Assembly: GCA_964187785.1 (NCBI GenBank)
Contig: OZ076421.1
Location: forward strand, 35,092,001-35,156,000
Direction of reading: 5' to 3'
Origin: Amphiscolops sp. MND2022
Taxonomy: Eukaryota
DNA length: 64,000 nt
Shown one piece after another: positions 50,190-60,340 of the stretch. A program made the position numbers and the translations under genes. Below the pieces are notes generated by a model. It had not been told where the DNA came from. It saw only the letters and a list, made by a program, of their open reading frames with translations, and ran no database searches. Position 1 is the first letter of the stretch, and each line of letters starts with the position of its first letter.

Positions 50190-50745
50190 GTAAACGAAAG
50201 CGCCGTGTTAGCAGTCAATTCAAGGGGTATTAAAAAGATTAAGTCCAAACTCTGAATTAACTCTTTAGATTGGTTCAACAATTCGTAGATTATTTGTAAC
50301 TTTAATAAAAATTTGTATACAACACCGTTTCTGCACGATATTATTTATTAACTCACTAATTGTTCAACAAGAACGACGACTTTTCTTCATCATTCACCCA
50401 ATTCAACAAACTATCAATTCTATTTCTCTGCTCGGGCATCAAATGCCATGAAAGCCATTGAATGGCGATGGACACAACTATGGGGTTAGATTTTGGGTTG
50501 ACTTACCATGGTATCGTACCACACGTATCGCTAGGGCATCATCATATATCCCATTAAAATTAGTTCTCGTAGGCCGAAATATTGATTGTAAATATTAAAT
50601 GAGAGCCGCCGAAACACTGAAAGTAATATAACTCCGCCCTACAAATAACACGAACTTACAGCCAAATTAAACTTAAAATATCTTCACAATCGGCTTGTAA
50701 TTGAGCTCATGAAATTCGGGCGCATTCCCATTCAAACATTTTTGG
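50190..50745 (-). pseudogene. Candidate relic gene with three micro-introns (unknown product)
   Basis: GTAAGT/GTAAGT/GTGAGT donors, each followed by YAG 43, 29 and 26 nt later. One spliced frame has few stops. Confidence 0.35.
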
Positions 50746-51666
50746 GTATCAGGAATTTCGTCCTATGCGAATTCAACCTATGCTTTTTCAATCGCTCATA
50801 CTTTCAACTAGTAGCAATTTCGACTCGAACTAATTCTAGATAATTGATCCTAATTCGATTCAACTTTTTACAATCCATGTTTTTATGTTATTTCATCAAC
50901 TCTTCCAAAAAAAATATACCAACTTTTACACCCATTTTGACATTTTTTGGATTAAAAAATCAGGAATAATCACCCACAAATTCGTTAATGATCAATTATT
51001 CTAAGGAGATAAAATTCACGTGACAGAATTTAGACAAAACTACCCGAGGTTCAAATTGCAGTAGATCGAATATGCATTAGGTTGATTTTTTGTGAGCGGT
51101 TGAAATTGCATAAGACGAAATATCCTGAAACCACTGTTTTGAACCTTCATGCAAAATGCTTCAGTGTTTCGGCTGAGAAAACAGCAATTTGGAATTGATA
51201 GTAAAAATAAAACGCTTAGCACAATTTCATCTGTAGTTTGCTGAAAACGGATAAGTCACAATAAGGGGTACTAATTTGATCTAATTTGCACGTAGGAACG
51301 ATGTTCAAAGTGACCGAGGAGGATTCGAGACCTTGGATTGCCCTGTACGTTGCCCAGCAACGGTGACGTCACGCAGCTTATACAGGATATTTTAACATCG
51401 AGACAAAAAACGGATCTTTTTGAGTCACGACAAAAACGTTAATACGAACATAATTATAGTCAGTGTGTGAAAAATGGTTTGTTCAAACAAAAAACTATTC
51501 TAAGAAACGTTCACTTCCTGTCATAGGAAAAGAATTTACTTTTAATTAGGCTAGTCTGAAATTTTTGAGGAAATTACTTTCAAAAATTTAGGTCGTGGGG
51601 GGCAGAAAAGAGCCCAAAAAACTCAAACTTTCATAGAAACTTCAAATGATGGGATTACAATTGTCA

Positions 51667-51720
51667 CGGTCGAATCATGCGTCTATGTGCTTTAAAGCAC
51701 ATAGACGCTTGATTCGACCG
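51667..51720. other. 54-bp near-perfect palindrome
   Basis: CGGTCGAATCATGCGTCTATGTGCTTT|AAAGCACATAGACGCTTGATTCGACCG is self-complementary except for one T-T pair. Confidence 0.95.
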
Positions 51721-51733
51721 CTCTGGTAACAAA

Positions 51734-52409
51734 ATGTCGGGTCAACATGCAGCTTTAATAAATCTTGACCCTTATTTGTAAGTTGAACTTTGACCTCAAT
51801 TATATTTGTTTTTAATCCAACATTCATGACGTAATATGACGTCACCGAGGAAGGCAATGAGAAAAATGCATTACATTACAAAGCTGTTTAGAGGCAATTG
51901 ATAACAATGTTGAATAAAATACAAAAATATTCCAGACATCTTTCCATTATCAATGGATTGGAATGGTCTGACAAGGGTATGTATGATCCACCACACAAAT
52001 GATTGCAATTAAATATTCTATGATTTTTCACTGCAAGGAGAAATTTTCAAAATAAATCACCTTGAATTGGAAGTTAATAACACTTTCAAAGATGTTGCGG
52101 AAGATTTTTCACAAAGTTAGAAAATTTTATGCCGAAAACTATTTGGTGATTTTCACACCGTTCTTTAACCTTTCTCCTCAGAGAACTGTGAAAGATTTTG
52201 CTCTAAATATGGGGCCAAAAGGACGCATAATAAAGGTTTACGCAGAGTACCGCTTGATGTTACCTTTTGAAAACCCGTCATTTTCCATTATAGCTGTTTT
52301 CTACCAACCGAAATACCAACAATATGATTCCCAGAATAACATGTATGAACCTTGTATTCATTTCAACCTTGCAGCAATTAAACAAGCGCCTCAGGAAATT
52401 ATTGAGTGA
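51734..52409 (+). CDS. Probable small 3-exon orphan gene (one frameshift in a T5 run)
   Basis: Exons 51734-51777, 51936-51976 and 52038-52409, with GTAAGT/CCAG and GTATGT/CAAG junctions that preserve frame. Removing one T at 52105-52109 joins them to ORF 52062-52409. Confidence 0.5.
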
Positions 52410-53479
52410 AATATTCTCGGGTTAGTGTTTGGATTTTTGGAAGCACCGATGAAATGAGTAGTTTTAGTTTGAGTGGGGTGACATTTAATTCGATCAGGCG
52501 GCATTCAGACATTCAAATTCAAACATCAGAAAATGAGCAGTCACGAAGGAAAAACAAATGAGTTCATTGAGAAGAACCTATTCTGGAAACATATGACTTC
52601 AACTAAAGCAAGGAATTGTTGAAAAGTAATTTAAGTATAATTCATTAGGTGGAATTTTAGTTTTTTCAACGTGTGGGGGAAAAGAAAGCAAAGCTAATCA
52701 AGTTTAGTATGCGTTCACACGTCAGCATCTTCAATATCGGGGAAACTCCTCAGCTTGATAATGACATTTTATTATTCAAATCCTTCTTACCCAAATTTCT
52801 TCGGACTTTCAAAAAAAGCAACCTAGCGGGTCATAAAAGTTTTTCAAAAAATATGTTGCATACATTAAAAAAACATCATTCAAGAAATCGAATCCCATAT
52901 TTCTACAGCAGAAGAAACGTGTCTCTAGCAAAAACTACTTGAATTATTGTTGTAATCTATCCTTAATTTGATTAATGCATCGTGAAAATACATGTGACGC
53001 ACACTAAACTCAGATTTCCAAAGTTTTGTTTCGATTTGCGAGTGAGCGGACCTTTAAGCTTTACTCCTCCAATGCAGTTGAGCTGATGTTGATCGAGTCA
53101 GAAGCACATTTTTCTTCGCGATGCTTCGAACGTAGCAAACTCGTGGGTGTACGTTTGATCGAGTTTTGAAAATCAAATGCAGGGTAATTTTTAATACAGA
53201 AAAATACCCAGTTCTTTATCTGGATTTAAACTGGATCATAAACTAGAGTTCGCTGGGTTACTCAAGTTTGCCTTACTTTTTGATTGAGTATGCTTTTCAT
53301 CTCGGAATTTAAAAATGTCTCGCTCTAAACATCCGTGGCTGGGCTTTAAAGTGAAACAGTTTTCAAATTTTAATCAATTCATGCCATGGTGGTCATTACA
53401 TGTTTTTGATGTCGAAATGAACTTGTCGGAAAGTTTCGTTTCTGACATGTTTTCTGCTTCAGAAGTTGATGATAAGATT

Positions 53480-53800
53480 GTGAGATGAAAAGTTCTTCTT
53501 GATCAAGTTTGCGTCTTTTCATCTCACAAACATGCCAGGAACGAAGAATTTGGGTAGTTTTAGTAATATTTTGGTAAAAATTCTTTACGCTTATCGTCGA
53601 AGCTCTCACATTGCAAAACCAGATGATACTCATCCGGTTGACATCGAGTCTCACAGAAGGGGCAGGACTTTACTGGACAGTTTAGAAACTTCGATTTTAC
53701 CGTTGGTAGAGCAGTTGCAGCACACCTAAAATTTGCTAGTTTTACTCTATCTGATCTTAGTAGAGTTTCCAAATAGGGTTCAAACACATGCCAGGAACAG
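53480..53800 (-). mobile_element. LINE ORF2 C-terminal fragment (Cys-His zinc-binding tail)
   Basis: KLANFRCAATALP...CPFC...DEYHLVLQC...LPKYY, a typical tail of a non-LTR RT protein. Confidence 0.65.
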
Positions 53801-55783
53801 AACTTGTCGACTAATTCATTTTGACATTAAAAACAAGTAATGATCATCATGCCATGAATTCATTGAAAATTGAAAACCGTTTTAGTTGAAAGCCTAGCAC
53901 AGATGAGAAAAACTAAAAGTCTAAAACGGGTATAGCTTAAAGACTTCACATATTTGTCGATGGAAGAACTTGTGAAACATTTTAAGATTTCTTGGTATGC
54001 ACCATTCTGTAACATTCATCTTGTCGCCATTCTTTCAACCCTATTGCAACAAGCAAATACACGTTTAATGTGGCGTATTCAAAATGACCAAGTTCACCAA
54101 AACCGCCTTTAGCCAAAAATAAGACGGGAATGTCTGAAGTCGGTGCTCCGCTCGAAGTTTTCAAAAAAGTTGCACAGTGCCGAAACAAAAACCCACAAGG
54201 TACCATTTAGATCCCACGTTAAAAGTAGACCGCTGATACATTCTGTGGTCTGGCGAAAACAAAACAGTCATTGTAACTGTCGGTATATTTCTTACAAAAT
54301 GTTCCGATTAAAACACTTTGAAACCTAGTAAGTCCTGCTTTGAACCATTTCTGCAAGCAAACTTTGGTGGCATCTACACATAGACAGACTAGCGCTCCTT
54401 CAAGTAAACGGCAAACTTCGCAGTGCCGCTGCAACTGTTGTTACAAGAATCTAGTCGTGATCATTTGCCGAGTTGTGAGAGACTAACTCGGATCTGAATA
54501 ACTTTTTCATGAACGCGAGAGAAGCTATGTCAAATGTAGAGAAGGTATGTCACAACAGGAGCTCTTCGGTTGTCAGGAAAATTTTAAGTTTGGCTCTTTT
54601 GGTTAACTATTTCCGTATTCTCGCAGAACATCAACATACTCAAAGGAGGGAGATATTGGAGGAATTCAACTACTTTTGCTCTTTCAGTAATTTTAACGAT
54701 CCTTGGTTAAATTGAATTTCTTTTCAAGTGACTCTACTACAGTCTGTATTTCGTACAGAAAGCGTCGAGTAAAAATGGGTCGACTAAAATCAGTAAAATT
54801 ATTCCAAGAAGTCTATCTTTAAGCTCCGTGGATTACTAGCGTACTGATGCTCACCTATTGAACTAATAGCTTTGTGCTTCAAAGATGCCACATATTTGAT
54901 TGATTTCCTCTCAGGAATTCAGTGTAATTTGGGTCTAGGCTACAGTAGGAATTGTTAATGTTGTTTAATTTCTTCCAAACACCTGCTGAGGAAAAGTTAC
55001 ATGTAAACCACTCCAGGTTTATTCCCATTGACAGCTTTGAATATTCTTGAATGACATCTAAAAAGATATAGTATTTGTAGTTTAACTGATTTTGTTCTGG
55101 CTGAAATGAACTCATTTGCATGAAAGATATACAAACAAAAACACCAACAATTATTTATTCCATAAAATTGCATTTAAATTGATAATTAAACATTCTGCAG
55201 ATATGTAACGTATTTTGCATACTCCAGTTAAAATTTAATTCAGCCACAAAAACTCAAAAGAGTGGTTGCAATAAAATGCCAAGGTATTGTTCGGAATGTG
55301 AGTTTCTAAATGGAACTAAATTCGGGAAAGGGGTATAATACCCCAGAAATTGAAACATCATTTGACCTTCAGACCTCGCTCAGCAGGGTCATTGGGTCAA
55401 AGGTCAATAAATTTGTTGAGAAACTGAACAGGGTAAGACTGAACACACGTGAAGACGTTTGTTACAAGCAATCGTCACATCATTCGGTTATCTCGAAAGG
55501 GCAGGCTCATTTCGTGACCCAACTTTCTACAACTTTAAGTTCATTTCTACAAAAGCGATTCTAAAGAACTGGATGGGATCATTGCTTCCGAGTTGTGACG
55601 TCATGGCAATTCCTGAAGCATGACGTCATAATCATACGATGACGTCATGATTTAATAATGACCTCAAGGTGTTGGCATGGTGACGTCCGTCAGTTTTCTT
55701 ATTACGTCACAGGAAGTAGTTCCGAAATTGATTGCAGAAGGGAAGGTGTTGAAATGTTTTTGTTTGTTATTTAAGATTGTTTG

Positions 55784-56842
55784 TTAATTTTTGTGGAATG
55801 AAGATAACTTTGGCAGCACATTTGCATTTGAATGCGCGTGGCTCAGGTTAGATATGTCGTTGAAACTGTTCGCTATTCTTCCAGAAGACCCCCCAATTTT
55901 AGAGTCACCCATTCCAGTGGTCGGCATGCCAGATGCACCTCCGGGTCCTCCCATACCCATGCCCCCATTAGCCAGACCTGCCACATTCAAGGTCATGGTG
56001 GACCCATTGTCTTGTTTTCCGGCCATAGAGGACCCCAATAAAGTCTGTTTATTCGTCGACGAATGGTGATGGTGACTAACATGGTTCACACTCCCATGAG
56101 CCGGGTTCGATTCTTCGCCAGGTCTAACCGTTCTTTTTCTTATCCAGTCATGTCTGAATGCCTGGGCAGGGGTGAATCTGTCTTCAGGGTTCCATTGCAG
56201 ACAGCACTTGAGGAAGTCAATGAACACAGGATCGTCGCAATCTTTTAAAGCCTTGCTCCAAGATTTTGACCCAGGGATTCCACGGATCTTGTTGCGTTTG
56301 GATTTTCCTGGACCCAGAACCACTTGGTCGTCCTGTAGAGTGACGCTGCAATATCGAGGGTAGCCTTGAACGACAAAAGTTAACATGAACATGTTAGCAT
56401 GAACCAAACTTAGATCAACACCTAAAAATTTTACAACTCTGCCTTTCTCATTTTAAACCGAATCTCAGTCACAGTTTAAAAAATATTTTTTGAACGTAGG
56501 GGGACAATTCCACTTTTATCTTGCTTATTTAGCATACATTCTTCCTCTACAGAAAACTTTTCTAGTTTTTTCTTCCATAATTTTGGCGTATTAAGGGCCC
56601 AAAAACTTTTCTTAGCAAAAAAGACTGGACTTTGAATTCCCGTGACGTGCCTTTGGAGCTGATGAAGTTTCTGGCGCGTTTGGACTGGTCCAGGAGTTTC
56701 TGAGGGGGCATGCCCAGTAGTTCTATGATACACGCCAGCTGGTCTCCCTCGTCCTCGCCCGGGAACAAGGGGATGCCCGTGAACAGCTCCGCCAGGATGC
56801 ACCCAAACGACCACATGTCTATCGCCATTCCATATTTAGCAC
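55784..56842 (-). CDS. DYRK2: DYRK2/3-class dual-specificity kinase, last two coding exons (56842-56651 and 56364-55784)
   Basis: [43 protein letters not shown]...FISSK/GYPRYC...[25 protein letters not shown], closely matching DYRK2 kinase subdomains IX-XI. Upstream exons were not found in the window. Confidence 0.9.
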
Positions 56843-56897
56843 CTAAACGACAAAACGAATATGCAGATACTAAACAACAACAACCCAGACATTCATG

Positions 56898-57063
56898 CAG
56901 GGGCGGTTTTAAGGGGGTGCTAGGGGCAGCCTTTGGAGAGATGTATGGAATGAATTGATGTCACAGCCGGTAAAATGAACCGAGTTTTCCTAGTCTTAAA
57001 TATTCAATTGGTGCTCTCATTTCGGTGCACCACCCGTTAAAGAAAATCCTAAAACCGCCCCTG
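56898..57063. mobile_element. hAT-type MITE (166 bp) with 8-bp TSD CATTCATG
   Basis: TIR CAGGGGCGGTTTTA / TAAAACCGCCCCTG, with a perfect TSD at 56890-56897 and 57064-57071. Confidence 0.9.
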
Positions 57064-59584
57064 CATTCATGTGAAAGGATTGAGGTCAAAGGTCAATATA
57101 CCAAGACCCATAATAAAGGCAACAATAAAAACCCAAACATTTAATAATTAAAGGCAAATAAAAAATTAAAGGCTCTTTTCATGGATTTTTTTCCATTTTA
57201 ATCGAAAATCATGCATGCATAACATTATGGAACCTTTTAAAGCTTCAGTATTCTCCCCGATGTTGAGGTGATGAAAAATGGATAGTGAATGACTGATAGT
57301 GTAAGCGATGGGTTCTCTGTACATAGGCCCTTTACTATCAGGGAGACCTTCAAAAGCCTTGAAGAGGATGGTCGAAGGTGGAATAGAGCCATATGAGCTG
57401 TCACCAAGCTTCTTTTATGCGAACCTTTCTTCAAAAACGGTACAGACTGGCAGATTTTAAAAATTGAAAAAACGGATTTGTGTTTGAACTAACAATTCAC
57501 CCGATTTGAATTTCTTCATTGCTTCGCAGCTCAAAGCTTTCATATCAATTTTTTTCAAAATGAACTTTCAAACACTGAGGTATGCCTCTCCGAAAATTTT
57601 CAAAGAAGCATGTATTATTCATGAATTCAATCCTTATTGGAACCCATAAACGTTCCATTTTCCCTGCACGTTTTAATGAGCACTTACTTCATAAATCGTG
57701 ATAAATTAGTTCCGGATTTTCTCAAAACTGATTGAACATGTTAAGTAAATTATTATCACAAATTTGCTGTTTTGCTATTTCACGATTTTTTGCTATGTTC
57801 TTCAATTCCAAATCGAAACAGACGTTGAAAATAGCTTCTAGATTATTAATGAGTCATCTTCGCTTAACGCTGAATAACCACCATGTACCATACATCACGC
57901 ATTCACTCGCACCAATGTAAGTGGTAAGAGGAAGCAGTAGTTAACTATTAAACCACAATTCGCCTCCTATGAAATAACAGTCCTCTTCAAATTTGAAATT
58001 GCATTTTTCAGTCGCTGTGCGTTTAGTCATTATGACACGACCGAAAGAATATTAGTAATTCCAAGTAGAACATGTTCATTCGCATAGATAACAGATGAAT
58101 AAATCATTTTTTATCGGCTGACAACTAAATAGATGCATACAGGAGATGTAAGAAACATGTAAAATGATGAAAAAATCATACAAGTTGCAGGAATTATGTT
58201 ACTAAATGATACATGTATTAGCAGTCAGTGAGTGTCTTAACTAGAAGCTCAAAAAGATTGAAGAGGTTCCTAAAAAGGAAAGGTTGATTTCTCTACCAAG
58301 ATGATGGTAAGAAGGGAAAAAACATGGCAGACGAAGCAACATGTTGGCCGCCTGAAGGCTGTGCAAACAAGCAAAGCTAACAAATTTAGTGCTTTTTTAT
58401 AACGGGTGACAGCTCTGTTGGATGGAGAAAAATGGTATTAAAGGAACATGTTGAAGATTTTCAAAGGCAAACAAGCACAAATGGACAGGACAGAGAGATA
58501 CAAGGACAAAATAGACAACTAAGCAGTGATGATCATTTTTGTTTCAAAAATGATTTTCTCCTCAAAAATTATCAGCAAAAAATGAAATAAGTTAAATTAT
58601 CTCAGAATACGCCGTTGAACCAATTCCCTTACAAAGTTTGGAACTCACGCGCTCAAGAAATGATTTTCATAATAATAGAAATTGTAGATGCATTGAATTA
58701 ACTTTTAAATTAATCATTTAGACGTGAAATTTGCCTATGAAAATCGAATGGCAATAGGATTCGCTTCGCTCAAAAATTCCGACAAAAAATGAAAAATTAG
58801 TAGGGTCATTTGTCTTTGAACGAAGGTGTTCAATTGTGATGATGAAAAATTGTATTTTTAAGAGACAGTGTAAAAAGCACTTTAATTATCAAATTGAAGT
58901 AATAAATTGTCTTTTGCTATCTATGTATTCAACTAATACCAATAGAGCTATCAAAAATATTTTGCTGTTGAGTTCCATTATCGATGGTAACATGAACGTG
59001 CGGTATAAATAGTGCTAGGATTACACGTGACATTGCCAACAGAGGGTGAAACGCCCGTCGAAAAACTTGGATATCCTTGCTTCTACGATGAGCAGATATG
59101 AACCATCAGATCAATAACTTTAAATTCTAGCTTGATAATTCTGATAATTCCATAATTAGGACAAACTGTCTCTCCAAATTCTCAACCCTAATGCAACAGG
59201 GCTTTTTGCAAAATTTCAAATTTATGCAACTACATTTCGAAAAGGCTCGAGCGTAAACAATAACTTCGTAACCAATAATTCAAGAACAATTGAAAATTTG
59301 GTGTTTTTGCTTATTTGAATATGCTACAAATATGCTACGTAATTTTTTTGCTGCTGAACTTCGTGGAAACTCAAAACCCAAAAATGGCACAGAAACTTCA
59401 AAAAAATAGAATGAAAGACTATTTCGAAACTTTTTGGTTCATTCAAGGCATTTTTGCAATAAAACTATATTTCTCTACACCAAAGGACGCTGAGAAGCTG
59501 TTTAATTTTTCAACACTCTAGATCTTAGTGCCCACAGACACAACCAAAAGTTTGAAGAAAAGTTCATGAAACCTTGAAAAAGAA

Positions 59585-59890
59585 AACAAGACGAGAACGT
59601 CTAAAGTCGGCGCTATATCTAAAGCTCAAAAAGCGCAAAGTTTTTAAAATATGCCCAGGACGTATTCATAAGCTCAGAAAACAGTCTCGAGACACCCAAA
59701 GGGCGCCTTTCATGCTCGATAAGACTCCGAAACCACTTTTTCCCCAACTGGGAACAAAATTTTTTCTTTCGGAAAATGTCGCATAGTGCCGAAAAATGTA
59801 AAAGGGGCCCTTTGGAATTTATTAACATATATTCTGTTGCAAAACATCAAAAAACTCGAAGGGGGACCCTTTGGAGACATTTAAAAATTC
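59585..59890 (-). repeat. Repeat A copy (reverse)
   Basis: AACAAGACGAGAACGTCTAAAGTCGGCGC at 59585. Body is the reverse complement of 14150-14568. Confidence 0.85.
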
Positions 59891-60003
59891 TCGAATTCAT
59901 TTCAAGCTTTTTTGGAAAAAAATTTCTCGATAGAAATGTAAGCTAAATCTGAGGATTCGACGTAAAACATGTTTTTATTCTATATTAGCTGAGAAATATC
60001 AAT

Positions 60004-60340
60004 AACAAGCCAGAAACGGCCCAAGACGGCGCCCGCTCAAGGTCCCACTGTTGTGAGAATTTTCATCAATTTTACAGGACCGAAAATGACCCGAAGGGAT
60101 ACTCCTAAGGCCGTAAAACCGCTTTCCCGCAACTCGAAACATCAAAAAACACATTTCCAGGATTTTTTCACGAAATTTTTCTCCCGAAAATATTCATGAA
60201 AGTGAAGGCAGTACCTTTTGACCAAAGATTTTTTAAAAGTCGCAGTGCTGAAAAAACCCTAGGGAGGGACCCTTTGGTATCCCCTCTACTTTTGCGAGCA
60301 TAATTTTTTTATTCCAACGCCGGATTCGAACCCATGTACA
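60004..60340 (-). repeat. Repeat A subfamily copy (reverse) with B box
   Basis: AACAAGCCAGAAACGGCCCAAGACGGCGCC at 60004, AAGGGTCCC unit near 60270 and GGTTCGAATCC on the minus strand at about 60322-60332. Confidence 0.7.

Noticed and set aside
50190-50900. Ciliate genetic code (TAA/TAG=Gln) insert explaining the micro-intron relic
   Set aside because: An in-frame TGA also occurs just upstream in the best frame, and the alternative frame gives no recognisable protein. C-to-T nonsense decay is simpler.
57180-57410. About 75-codon stop-free stretch on the minus strand (KKLGDSSYGSIPPSTILFKAFEGLPDSKGPMYREP...)
   Set aside because: No convincing splice sites or family motif. Probably a decayed TE fragment or chance.
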